Part shown: positions 24,232 through 33,560 of the stretch, in pieces
Numbering within the stretch: position 1 is the stretch's first letter
How the letters are laid out: each line of letters begins with the position of its first letter
Origin: Pirellulaceae bacterium
Lineage (GTDB): Bacteria; Planctomycetota; Planctomycetia; Pirellulales; Pirellulaceae
Assembly (NCBI GenBank): GCA_031426475.1
Contig: JANPLJ010000133.1
Location: 1 to 34,798 of the forward strand
Reading direction: 5' to 3'
Length of the DNA: 34,798 bases
Translations under genes and position numbers: made by a program
The notes under the pieces: generated by a model
Databases searched by the model: none
Told to the model about the DNA's origin: nothing
The model's input: the letters and a program-made list of their open reading frames with translations, nothing else

Positions 24232-25093
24232 GGCCCCCACGAGTAAAATTTCGGGTGGGCCAGTGGTACCTGTTTTTCGCGCGAATGTGCTCGGGAAACA
24301 CAACGTTCAGTACTACCGGTGCACGGATACTGGATTCATCCAAACAGAAACACCTTATTGGCTCGAAGAAGCCTATTCGTCTGCCATTTCCGCGCTGGAT
24401 GTTGGGTATGTTAGTCGCAATTTTTGGATGTCGACATGCACGGAGAAAATTATCGAGCGTTGCTTTGCGAAAGAGGGACACTTCCTTGACTACGGCGGGG
24501 GCTATGGAATGTTTGTCCGATTGATGCGCGACAAGGGGCTTGACTTTGTTCGATACGACCCTCACTGCCAAAACCTCTTCGCGATATACTTTGATGCTCC
24601 GGAACAGGCTCTCAATACACTGTCGTTCGAATTGGTCACGGCCTTCGAAGTTTTCGAGCATCTGCCGGAGCCTCTCGTTGAACTGGAGCGGATGTTTCGT
24701 GCTTCCAATTCAATTTTGTTTTCGACAGAATTGCAGCCAGACGAGCCTTTGAATTCGGTGAATGACTGGTGGTATTTTGTACCTGAAGCGGGTCAACATG
24801 TTTCATTTTATACTCTAGAAGCACTTCATCGAATGGCATCGTCGTTTGATGCAAAGCTTTACAGCAATGGCAAAAACCTGCATCTGATGACGAAACGTTG
24901 CGACGTCAAAGACCCATTTGCTCCAGAATTCGCTCCAGCGTCTGCGCCAACACTCTTCGAGAAAGCTGCCGATAGATGGTTGCGTCCATCCAAGAATCAA
25001 AAGCCTCTACAACCGGCCGCGGCAACGAATACGAGCTTGCTGGATTCAGACTTTCAACAGGTACTCGCCAAGATTCGGACATCACAAGAATGA
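24218..25093 (+). CDS. Class I SAM-dependent methyltransferase
   Basis: The SAM motif I is FLDYGGGYGMFVRLM, followed by DFVRYDP and LVTAFEVFEHLPEP. The listed ORF starts at 24113, inside wzt. The ATG at 24218 (MTGIEAP) overlaps the wzt stop by 14 nt and is the more plausible start. Confidence 0.75.
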   Translation: MTGIEAPTSKISGGPVVPVFRANVLGKHNVQYYRCTDTGFIQTETPYWLEEAYSSAISALDVGYVSRNFWMSTCTEKIIERCFAKEGHFLDYGGGYGMFVRLMRDKGLDFVRYDPHCQNLFAIYFDAPEQALNTLSFELVTAFEVFEHLPEPLVELERMFRASNSILFSTELQPDEPLNSVNDWWYFVPEAGQHVSFYTLEALHRMASSFDAKLYSNGKNLHLMTKRCDVKDPFAPEFAPASAPTLFEKAADRWLRPSKNQKPLQPAAATNTSLLDSDFQQVLAKIRTSQE

Positions 25094-25127
25094 TTTCAAC
25101 CAGCAAGAAGTTTAGAAGGATGGAATT

Positions 25128-26210
25128 GTGAAAATTCCGGTATACAAACCAACGATTTCCGATGTGGAAAAAGCTTACGTTCTCGAGTGTCTTGAGACGG
25201 AGTGGATTTCGTCGAAGGGGCCGTTTATCAACAAGTTCGAAAGCCAATTCTCCAAGTACGTCAAAATCGACTACGCCCTGACCGTTTCAAACGGAACGAC
25301 TGCACTCCATGTGGCGTTGCTTGCTTTGGGGATCGGCCCAGGTGATGAAGTGATAGTTCCAACGCTGACTTATGTCGCGGCCGCGAACGCTGTGATGTAC
25401 ACCGGTGCATGTCCAGTGTTTGTCGATTGTGATCCGACAACATGGCAAATGGATCCGGAGGATGTTCGGAAAGCGATCAATTCAAACACACGAGCAATTT
25501 TAGCCGTCCATCTTTATGGACAGCCTTGCGATATGCCGTTGCTGTCGCAAATCGCAACGGACCACAATCTACTTTTGATAGAAGACTGCGCTGAATCCTT
25601 GGGGGCCTTCATTGGAGAACGGCATGTCGGCACTTTTGGAGATATTGCGACTTTTAGTTTCTACGGAAATAAAACGATTACGACTGGCGAGGGAGGGATG
25701 GTTGTCACCAGCAATCCGAACCTTGGAGAAAGAATTTCACATCTTAAAGGGCAGGGACTCGCGAAGTTTCGCGAATATTGGCACGACATTATCGGCTACA
25801 ACTATCGAATGACGAACATTTGCGCGGCTATCGGTTGCGGACAACTGGAACGAATCGATAAGATTCTGGATCGCAAAAGAGAGATCGCGAATTTTTATCG
25901 CCAAGAATTAGCGGACCACGTCCAATTCCAAGTATCGAGAGACGGTACGACACACTCGCATTGGATGGTCTGTTTTCTAGTGGATCGAGCAAGTCAGCGA
26001 GACCCCATGCGAAACGCCCTCGCCCAATCTGGCATTGAAACCAGGCCTGTCTTTTATCCCGTCCATTCGATGCCGATGTATTCACGTTCGTATCGTCGCA
26101 TGCCAAACTCAGATGACATCGGTAGTCGCGGAATCAATCTACCAAGCTTCCCGGAGCTTACGAACGAAGAGCTCTCATATATTTGTCAGGCGGTAAAGTC
26201 GCAACTCTGA
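25128..26210 (+). CDS. DegT/DnrJ/EryC1/StrS-family PLP-dependent nucleotide-sugar aminotransferase (perosamine-synthase-like)
   Basis: The gene has a GTG start. The N-terminus reads IPVYKPTISDVEKAYVLECLETEWISSKGPFINKFE. The PLP-lysine context is FSFYGNKTITTGEGGMV, followed by GYNYRMTNICAAIG. These patterns resemble GDP-perosamine-synthase-type members. Confidence 0.85.
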   Translation: MKIPVYKPTISDVEKAYVLECLETEWISSKGPFINKFESQFSKYVKIDYALTVSNGTTALHVALLALGIGPGDEVIVPTLTYVAAANAVMYTGACPVFVDCDPTTWQMDPEDVRKAINSNTRAILAVHLYGQPCDMPLLSQIATDHNLLLIEDCAESLGAFIGERHVGTFGDIATFSFYGNKTITTGEGGMVVTSNPNLGERISHLKGQGLAKFREYWHDIIGYNYRMTNICAAIGCGQLERIDKILDRKREIANFYRQELADHVQFQVSRDGTTHSHWMVCFLVDRASQRDPMRNALAQSGIETRPVFYPVHSMPMYSRSYRRMPNSDDIGSRGINLPSFPELTNEELSYICQAVKSQL

Positions 26211-26231
26211 CGTCTGCGAACACGACTCGAA

Positions 26232-26702
26232 ATGATTGAAATTCGGCAACTAAAAAGCGATGATGCGTCCGTCCTATCGGCCACGCTACAACAAGCGACG
26301 GAGAGCGATCGACGATTTTTCCATCCGTTCGAATTTTCAGTCGATGCGGTTCGCGAGCAGCTGCAAAAATGTATCTCCGATGTGTTTGTCGGGCTGTTCG
26401 TTGCAGATGGAGCGGAACTGGCCGGGTTCTATATGCTGCGAGGCGTTGACGAAGGCTTTGCGTCTCCGATGTATGGCGTTTTTATCGGACCCGAACACAG
26501 GCGAAGAGGCCTTGCACGACTCAGTTTGCAGCATGCAACGGCCGTATGTCGGATTCGAAATTATCCATCGCTGCTGCTGAAAGTTTATGAGAGCAATGCG
26601 GTCGCGGTCCAACTCTATCAGAGCTTGGGGTTTTCGATGTTGCGAGAACAGGACGGACAGCTGGTGTTGGAATTGTTGACTGGGGAAAATGCAGATCGAT
26701 AG
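26232..26702 (+). CDS. GNAT-family N-acetyltransferase
   Basis: The 156-aa protein has the acetyl-CoA motif A, IGPEHRRRGLARLSLQHA. The tail LLKVYESNAVAVQLYQSLGF is typical of GNAT beta5-alpha4. It lies directly downstream of the aminotransferase. Confidence 0.8.
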   Translation: MIEIRQLKSDDASVLSATLQQATESDRRFFHPFEFSVDAVREQLQKCISDVFVGLFVADGAELAGFYMLRGVDEGFASPMYGVFIGPEHRRRGLARLSLQHATAVCRIRNYPSLLLKVYESNAVAVQLYQSLGFSMLREQDGQLVLELLTGENADR

Positions 26703-27903
26703 CGGGAACGCTGGTAAGGTGCGCGTGAAGGTTGGTTACTATCTTGGCAATGCCAGTCTAGACCAAGGGGGCGTAGCGCCTTATGCCATTCGAGTGCTCG
26801 AATCACTTCTCCGAACTGAAGGCGATTCGAAAATAGAAGTGGTTGTCATCAACGGTGATACTCCTCAACAAGTAAGCACTCCAGCGAACGAAACCACCTT
26901 TCCACTTCTCAAGCTGTTGGGGAGACGTCTCATGGAAAGCTATCAAGTTTTGACGCGTGAGGGTAGCGTTGCCGAGCGAATTCAGAAGCGCGCTCCCAAA
27001 TCGCCCGATCCGCGATTTGCTTCACTTGATATCCTGCATGTTCCATACCAGATAGCGCCCACGCACGAGCTTCCTTATATCTGCACGATGCATGATGTTC
27101 AAGAACTCCATTTCCCGGCGAACTTCTCCGCCAAGGAACGAGAAATGCGAGCAATTCACTATCGGAAATCGATTGAGAATGCGGCACGCGTCGTTGTTTC
27201 GTTCGAGCATATCAAGGCGGACCTTATAAGATTCTTTGATTGTCCAGAAGAAAAGGTAAGGGTAATGCCTCTACCGTATCGAGACTGCGTACTCAAGAGC
27301 TTGGAACCGGAGCGATTGGCGGAAATGTCATCTCGATATGCTAATTTCGGTACGTTTCTTTTATACCCTGCACAAACTTGGGCACACAAGAATCACTTGA
27401 TGTTGATCGAAGCATTCGAGCGAGCTCGGGCCAAGCTCGGTGTTCCAGTTACCCTTGTCTGCACCGGCAAAACGAACGACTACTTTAGGATCATCGAGAA
27501 ACGAATCCAACAGTCTGAGTACGCAAACACAATTCAATTCCTGGGTGTCGTCGATGAAGGTGAGTTGCGTTGGCTCTACGAGAATTGTTTGGGTGTTGTG
27601 ATTCCTACGCTCTACGAAGCAGGTAGTTTTCCACTTATCGAAGCGATGTCGTTGTCCGCGCCCGTTATCTGCTCGAATGTTACTTCCCTTCCAGACACGC
27701 TCGGTAGTAGCGACTACCTCTTCGATCCAAACGATGCTGATGCGTTGGCCGCTATGATGATTCGACTTTCGTCCGACGAAGACTTTCGAACTGCGAATCG
27801 AAAGCATTGTCGCGATCGTATTGAAAAGTTGATGAGGACGGATATTGCCGAGCCTTATTTCAATCTTTGGCAAGAGGTTTTCGAAGAAATCCGCTCGAAA
27901 TGA
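26689..27903 (+). CDS. Glycosyltransferase family 4
   Basis: Motifs present are FLLYPAQTWAHKNHLMLIEAF and GVVIPTLYEAGSFPLIEAMSLSAPVICSNVTSLPD (the E-x7-E region of GT1 domains). Confidence 0.85.
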   Translation: MQIDSGNAGKVRVKVGYYLGNASLDQGGVAPYAIRVLESLLRTEGDSKIEVVVINGDTPQQVSTPANETTFPLLKLLGRRLMESYQVLTREGSVAERIQKRAPKSPDPRFASLDILHVPYQIAPTHELPYICTMHDVQELHFPANFSAKEREMRAIHYRKSIENAARVVVSFEHIKADLIRFFDCPEEKVRVMPLPYRDCVLKSLEPERLAEMSSRYANFGTFLLYPAQTWAHKNHLMLIEAFERARAKLGVPVTLVCTGKTNDYFRIIEKRIQQSEYANTIQFLGVVDEGELRWLYENCLGVVIPTLYEAGSFPLIEAMSLSAPVICSNVTSLPDTLGSSDYLFDPNDADALAAMMIRLSSDEDFRTANRKHCRDRIEKLMRTDIAEPYFNLWQEVFEEIRSK

Positions 27904-27927
27904 GAAGCAGTAGATGTTACGACGCGC

Positions 27928-28920
27928 ATGTCAGGACTTGACGAAATACTAAGGTTGCCACCAGCAGAGAGATCGCATAGTGGTTGGCCGTGGACGCTAG
28001 ACAGTGCCGTCCATGGTCAAGTGCCTGCGAGCGAACTTGATTGGCCCAAGATTTCGGTGATTACGCCAAGTTTCAATCAAGCTGAGTTTCTCGAGGCAAC
28101 AATTCGTTCGGTGCTACTTCAGGGCTACCCAAACCTCGAATACGTTGTGCTGGATGGTGGAAGCAGCGATGGCTCCGTGGACATCATCAAAAAATATTCA
28201 CCGTGGCTGTCGCATTGGGAAAGCCGTCCCGATCATGGACAATCAGATGCAATCAATCGTGGCTTGCGAGCCACCACGGGTGAAATCCAATGCTGGTTAA
28301 ATTCCGACGACTATTTTGCTCCGGGTACGCTCGCGCACGTCGCACGATGTTTTTGCGACGCTCCTGAGACATTATGGCTTATCGGGTCCGCGACGCTCCT
28401 CGATCATCAGGGAGCTCAAACGATTCGACCAGCCCGGGTTTTGACGGAATCGGAACTTGTGCGCTGGACGCGATCCAACTGGTTTTGCCAACAGGCGACG
28501 TTTTGGAGGAAGTCGTTCATCGAACGAACGGGGTTTTTAGATGAATCACTTCACTACGTGATGGACTGGGAGCTTTGGCTACGGTTTTATGCGATTGCTC
28601 CTCCCCAAATTATCGATCAATCGTTGGCGTTCTACCGTTTTCATGAAAATGCGAAGTGCGTAGATAAGCTGGATAGCTACTACGTTGAGGAAACACGATT
28701 GCTGCTCAGTATCGTAGAAAGCTCCGACGTCGGTTTGCTCGCCAAGTACCGTGATGACGCTCGAAATCGGCTAGCAGAACTACTTGCGAACGCTTATCAC
28801 GTCGAAGGAAATCAACGAGCTACTTTGGAGAGCTACGGCAGTTTCGAACTTATGCGGGAGGTCGCAAAGCGAGCCCTTGGAATTGTTGTTCCTAATCGTA
28901 GCACAACCGGCAAGCCATGA
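27928..28920 (+). CDS. Glycosyltransferase family 2
   Basis: The N-terminal GT-A signature is ISVITPSFNQAEFLEATIRSVLLQGYPNLEYVVLDGGSSDGS, followed by WLNSDDYF (a DxD-like motif). Confidence 0.85.
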   Translation: MSGLDEILRLPPAERSHSGWPWTLDSAVHGQVPASELDWPKISVITPSFNQAEFLEATIRSVLLQGYPNLEYVVLDGGSSDGSVDIIKKYSPWLSHWESRPDHGQSDAINRGLRATTGEIQCWLNSDDYFAPGTLAHVARCFCDAPETLWLIGSATLLDHQGAQTIRPARVLTESELVRWTRSNWFCQQATFWRKSFIERTGFLDESLHYVMDWELWLRFYAIAPPQIIDQSLAFYRFHENAKCVDKLDSYYVEETRLLLSIVESSDVGLLAKYRDDARNRLAELLANAYHVEGNQRATLESYGSFELMREVAKRALGIVVPNRSTTGKP

Positions 28921-30140
28921 TCGCGTTCGCGAATTTCTGTGCCGCCGACGAAATTAGCGGAGTTTCGACTTGGTTTGAAAAGCTTGTCATACAATGCCAT
29001 CGTCATGGAATGCCGGTTTCGGTGTTACTGCACGGATTGGGAAACGACGCCCACACATCGTCCGTTTATCGATCATTGAGCGACGCAGGCGTCCCCACGC
29101 GGTACTCGCTTAAACCGCGGTTCACTGAAGATGGCGTAAAGGAAACAATCCGTTTTCTAAATGAGTTTCGCCCGAGGGTTTTTGTACCTCACTGCTTCGA
29201 ACATTTCTACTACGCCGCTGATTTCGCTACGAAAGGGGGCCTACCATGGATCTTCACGATCCATTCGGATGATCCAGTTTATTGGGCGGTCGCGAAATTG
29301 TTGAACCTGAAACATCCGTTGGCTTCGACGGTCGGTGTGTCAAGTCATGTTTGCGACCTTTTCAGGGAGCACATTTCTCAAAGCATCGAACAAATCGCCT
29401 ATGGTGTAAGTGTCCCCAACGAAACAACCGGCTACCGTCGTACACCGTTTAAAATCGCTTTCTGCGGTCGGGTTGTCGAGGAACAGAAGCGAATTTCGTT
29501 AGTCATCCAATCGATGGCATTAGCATGTCAGCAATCATCTGACATCGAGTGCGTTATTATTGGTGATGGTCCGCAATGCAACGCAATGAAAACGCATGTG
29601 GAATCGATTGGATTATCTAACAGAATCCAGTTCCTTGGTCGATTAAACGCAATGCCGCTTCGGGCAACTTTGCTAGATTGTCAGGCGATTTTACTGATGT
29701 CAGATTATGAAGGCTTGCCTGTTGCGATTCTGGAGGCGATGTCGATGGGAGTTGTTCCGGTCGCGAGAAAGATAACGAGTGGTATACCCGAGTTGATACA
29801 TCATGAAGAATCGGGACTTCTCGTCAACGATGATCCAACATGTGCCGCGAAAGAGCTCGTTCGATTGTCAAACAATGCAGTCCTTTGGGCTGCATGTTCG
29901 GCGAATGCTCGGCAAATTGTCAGTCGCGATTACACAGATCAAGTCTGTTTCGAACGATGGCGGCGGTTGATAGAAACGCGAAGCGAATTGTGTTCGGTAA
30001 CTTACCCTTTATCGATTCCATACCATGTAGCATTGCCGGCCGTTCCTTCGGCGCTTGTCGGACGAGACGTACGCAAGATAACACCGATCGATCGGCTGCG
30101 AACTCGATTTCAAAAATTCCTCAAGCGAAGATTCGCCTAG
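28917..30140 (+). CDS. Glycosyltransferase family 4
   Basis: Motifs present are FCGRVVEEQKRISLVI and LLMSDYEGLPVAILEAMSMGVVPVARKITSGIPELIHHEESGLLV. An ATGA overlap links it to the upstream gene. Confidence 0.85.
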   Translation: MIAFANFCAADEISGVSTWFEKLVIQCHRHGMPVSVLLHGLGNDAHTSSVYRSLSDAGVPTRYSLKPRFTEDGVKETIRFLNEFRPRVFVPHCFEHFYYAADFATKGGLPWIFTIHSDDPVYWAVAKLLNLKHPLASTVGVSSHVCDLFREHISQSIEQIAYGVSVPNETTGYRRTPFKIAFCGRVVEEQKRISLVIQSMALACQQSSDIECVIIGDGPQCNAMKTHVESIGLSNRIQFLGRLNAMPLRATLLDCQAILLMSDYEGLPVAILEAMSMGVVPVARKITSGIPELIHHEESGLLVNDDPTCAAKELVRLSNNAVLWAACSANARQIVSRDYTDQVCFERWRRLIETRSELCSVTYPLSIPYHVALPAVPSALVGRDVRKITPIDRLRTRFQKFLKRRFA

Positions 30141-30147
30141 CTCACGC

Positions 30148-31299
30148 ATGCGTATCGCATTTGTGAGCACAATGGAAGGAACACCTTGGGGCGGTTCGGA
30201 AGAACTGTGGTCGCAAGCCGCGCAGCATCTGGCCTCAAAGAACCATCAGGTTTTTGTGTCAGTACACGGATTTGCGACGATTCCACGCCAAATCCATGCA
30301 TTACAAAACGCGGGGATTCATTGTCATTTTCGTTCTAAGACCGGCGTATCGCGCGCCAAGCGATTCTATCATGCCTTGACGTCGTCGATTGAATGGCGAC
30401 GCCAACGATGGGAACGCCAACGTTGGCTGCGTCGCATAAAGCCACAATTGGTTTGCATCTCAGACGGGGCGATCTCCGGAGGTTTGTCGTGGATGCAAGA
30501 TTGTCGTGAATTGAATGTTCCTTATGTGTCGGTGGGGCAAGCCAACTTTGAAGGGTGGTGGCCTGCGGATAAAGCTGCGACTGAATTGAGAGAGGCATTT
30601 TCGAATGCAACGCGGTGTTTTTTCGTTTCCCAAGCGAACTTAGAGCTTTTTGAAAATCAGATTGCGATGCGGCTTCCAAATGCAGAAGTCGTAAGGAATC
30701 CTTTTAATGTTCCGTGGGTGACAGACCCGCATTGGCCGGAGCTCGACAAAACGGACGGCCTTTGGTTGTTGGCCTGTGTTGCCCGAATGAGTCCCGCCGC
30801 CAAAGGTCAGGATATTCTCGTCAACGTGATGAAACTTCCACATTGGGAAGATAGAAATATTCGTATCGACTTTTTTGGAACGGGGGCGTTTGAGAACGGG
30901 CTCCGATCGATGGTAGATGAAGCAAACGTCGGAAAGAAGTTCCGGTTTTTAGGTCAAGTGGATGACATGGTAAACGTCTGGGAGTCGCACCATGCATTGA
31001 TTCTTGCTTCGCGTTTTGAAGGACTTCCGCTGGCTGTTGTCGAAGCGATGCTTTGCAATCGGCCAGTGATCGCTACGTCGGTGGCAGGTACTCCAGAAAT
31101 GGTAGAAGACGGAGTAACTGGATTTCTTGCCAAAGCGCCAACCGTACCATTGGTGGACGAAGCGTTACAGCGAGCGTGGGCTCACCGGGAGCAATGGATG
31201 CAGATGGGGCAGACGGCTGGTACTGAAGCACGCAAACGAATCCCCCGAGCCCCGGCTGAACTATTTGCTTCAAAACTCGAACAACTAGCGAAAGAGTGA
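30148..31299 (+). CDS. Glycosyltransferase family 4
   Basis: The motif ILASRFEGLPLAVVEAMLCNRPVIATSVAGTPEMVEDGVTGFL is present. Confidence 0.85.
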   Translation: MRIAFVSTMEGTPWGGSEELWSQAAQHLASKNHQVFVSVHGFATIPRQIHALQNAGIHCHFRSKTGVSRAKRFYHALTSSIEWRRQRWERQRWLRRIKPQLVCISDGAISGGLSWMQDCRELNVPYVSVGQANFEGWWPADKAATELREAFSNATRCFFVSQANLELFENQIAMRLPNAEVVRNPFNVPWVTDPHWPELDKTDGLWLLACVARMSPAAKGQDILVNVMKLPHWEDRNIRIDFFGTGAFENGLRSMVDEANVGKKFRFLGQVDDMVNVWESHHALILASRFEGLPLAVVEAMLCNRPVIATSVAGTPEMVEDGVTGFLAKAPTVPLVDEALQRAWAHREQWMQMGQTAGTEARKRIPRAPAELFASKLEQLAKE

Positions 31300-31311
31300 C
31301 CAGCGTTTGTA

Positions 31312-32256
31312 ATGATGGAATGCGAGTACTCAATCATCATTTGCACGCGAAATCGATGCCAGATCCTCAAACGCGTTTTGGCGCTTCACGCGACACTTGA
31401 CCGAATCTATACGGCTAGCAGGGAATACATCATTGTTGACAATGGGTCCACGGATGCTACGCCCGAAGTCGTCGCAGAGTTTCGTCAACTGGTTGATTGT
31501 CCCGTCCATTATGTTTTAGAAACGCAACCCGGCCATTCGATAGCTTTGAACGCGGGCTGTCGATTCGCGCACGGTAACAAGTTTGTTTTTACCGACGATG
31601 ATACATTGCCCGCGACAACCTGGTTTCACTCCATTCACGAAATGTTTACGTCAAAGGGAGCCGACTGGGTCTTTGGGCCAGTTGTACCTCGGTGGGAGTT
31701 TGGTCCGGCACCAACTTGGTATGGACCACCTACTTCCATGTTTGTCGCCTGCCTCAGTCTCGGCGACGAAGTGCTAGTGGACCGTGAATTGACAGGCTGT
31801 TTTGTCGGAGCGAACCATGCGTGCAAGCGTTCGCGAATCTTTGAGCTTGGCCTTTATGATTTAAGTCTTGGTATTCGCGGCGATGGCTTAAGTTACGCCG
31901 GAAATGACGACGATTTGTTTCGGCGAGGTCGTGAGTCCGGCTTCAAGATTGTTTACTCTCCGAAGGCAATCGTCGAGCATTTGATCGCAAAGCATCGATA
32001 CAATAAAAGTACCCACCGAGAGATGTTTAGGATGACAGGGCGAAACGAGTTTCAGAAGATGTTGCGATCCCCCCCTCCTTACCCATTGATTCTTGGCGTG
32101 CCGCGTTTCTATCTCTCGCATCTTTTTACGCACATGCGAAGCTTCGTTTCAGCGTTTGTGGCTCGACAGAAACCCCAGGCGTTTTACCATGAAACGCAAA
32201 TTCAGCGTTTCGTATCGCTGTTCATATCTGCAATTCGCCATCGGGTTTTTAAGTGA
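31312..32256 (+). CDS. Glycosyltransferase family 2
   Basis: Motifs present are YSIIICTRNRCQILKRVL, YIIVDNGSTDATPEVV and FVFTDDDTLP (DxD). Confidence 0.85.
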   Translation: MMECEYSIIICTRNRCQILKRVLALHATLDRIYTASREYIIVDNGSTDATPEVVAEFRQLVDCPVHYVLETQPGHSIALNAGCRFAHGNKFVFTDDDTLPATTWFHSIHEMFTSKGADWVFGPVVPRWEFGPAPTWYGPPTSMFVACLSLGDEVLVDRELTGCFVGANHACKRSRIFELGLYDLSLGIRGDGLSYAGNDDDLFRRGRESGFKIVYSPKAIVEHLIAKHRYNKSTHREMFRMTGRNEFQKMLRSPPPYPLILGVPRFYLSHLFTHMRSFVSAFVARQKPQAFYHETQIQRFVSLFISAIRHRVFK

Positions 32257-33560
32257 CCAATAGACCAACGACGCTGACGGTACTGGGAGCTGGATTTGCC
32301 GGATTAGCGACGGCACAGCGGGCAGAGCAATTGGGTGCTCAATGTGAGATCTTTGAAAGCCGATCCTATCTCGGTGGGCATGCCAGTTCGATGTCGAAAC
32401 AGGGCTTCACGTTCGACGAGGGGCCCCATGTTTCGTTCTCCAAAATTCCCGAAGTCGTTGAGTTACTTGACAAGGGGATTCAAGGTCGCTTCCGCGAATT
32501 TTCTTCGACGGTTTCGAATTACTATCAGGGACATTGGGTCACGCATCCCGCGCAAGTCAATCTTTTTGGATTACCAGCCGACTTAGTCACGCGATGCGTC
32601 GTGGATATCGTCAATGCCGCGTTCAAGTCTAAGGAAATCCCCGACAACTATGCGGAGTGGCTGCTCGCGCAGTTCGGTGAAACATTTAGTCACGAGTTTC
32701 CGTTTCGATATACCCGCAAGTACTGGACGGTTGAACCGGAAAAAATGACGACTGATTGGATCGGCCCTCGAATGTATATGCCGAAACTGGAAGAGGTCAT
32801 CCGAGGCGCCGTCGGTCCAAGAGAGGAAAACCTTCACTATATCACAAGCTTTCGATATCCTACCCATGGAGGATTCGGGGAATACTCCAAGGCCCTTTCG
32901 TCCAATGCCAAGGTGCATCTTGGAACTCCCGTCGAATGGATCGACCCAAAATCCAAAGAGATTGGGGTTCGCTCAGGGAAGACTTATGGATACGAACGGC
33001 TGATAAGCTCACTACCGCTTCCCGACCTCATGAGGCTTATCAAGGATTCGCCAGCTGTAGTTCGCGATGCAGCATCGAATTTGACATGCACTTCCCTGTA
33101 CTTGGTAGACGTAGGAGTGAAACGCAATGAAGGTTTTCCCAATGGCGATTGGCTCTATTTTTACGACGAAGACATATGCTTTGCTCGTGTCAGCTTTCCT
33201 CATCGACTAGCAGCTTCCAATGTCCCAGAAGGGCATGGTAGTATCCAAGCAGAAATCTACCATTCCCGATACCGGCCAATCGAATATGAAAATGTCTTAA
33301 CCCGAGGCATTGAGGACATGATCAAGACCGGTCTACTTCGGAAGGATGACGACATCGTATTTTCGCAGGTAAGGAATATCCAATACGGAAATATCCTTTT
33401 TGACCAACTGCGCAAAAACAGTCTCAAAATTGTAGAGACTTATCTCGATACTTTGGGTATTCTACGCTGTGGACGTTATGGACTCTGGAACTACCATTGG
33501 ACGGATGAATCGATTGTTAGCGGATGGCAGGCAGCGGAAGCTGCATTGAACGTCAAATAA
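32253..33560 (+). CDS. FAD-dependent enzyme resembling long-form (eukaryote-type) UDP-galactopyranose mutase; generic alternative is an amine-oxidase-fold oxidoreductase
   Basis: The GTG start overlaps the upstream stop (GTGA). The Rossmann dinucleotide motif is VLGAGFAGLATA...EIFESRSYLGGH. Further blocks occur in the order I recall for UGMs: GHWVTHPAQVNL, YAEWLLAQFGETFSHEFPFRYTRKYW, FRYPTHGGFGEY, DWLYFYDEDICFARVSF and C-terminal CGRYGLWNYHWTDESIVSG. Confidence 0.55.
   Translation: MTNRPTTLTVLGAGFAGLATAQRAEQLGAQCEIFESRSYLGGHASSMSKQGFTFDEGPHVSFSKIPEVVELLDKGIQGRFREFSSTVSNYYQGHWVTHPAQVNLFGLPADLVTRCVVDIVNAAFKSKEIPDNYAEWLLAQFGETFSHEFPFRYTRKYWTVEPEKMTTDWIGPRMYMPKLEEVIRGAVGPREENLHYITSFRYPTHGGFGEYSKALSSNAKVHLGTPVEWIDPKSKEIGVRSGKTYGYERLISSLPLPDLMRLIKDSPAVVRDAASNLTCTSLYLVDVGVKRNEGFPNGDWLYFYDEDICFARVSFPHRLAASNVPEGHGSIQAEIYHSRYRPIEYENVLTRGIEDMIKTGLLRKDDDIVFSQVRNIQYGNILFDQLRKNSLKIVETYLDTLGILRCGRYGLWNYHWTDESIVSGWQAAEAALNVK

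Noticed and set aside
27361-27873. 170-aa minus-strand ORF
   Set aside because: It is antisense to a GT4 gene that has a clear E-x7-E region. The same applies to the antisense ORFs 24200-24661, 8958-9383, 17063-17473 and 9837-10247.
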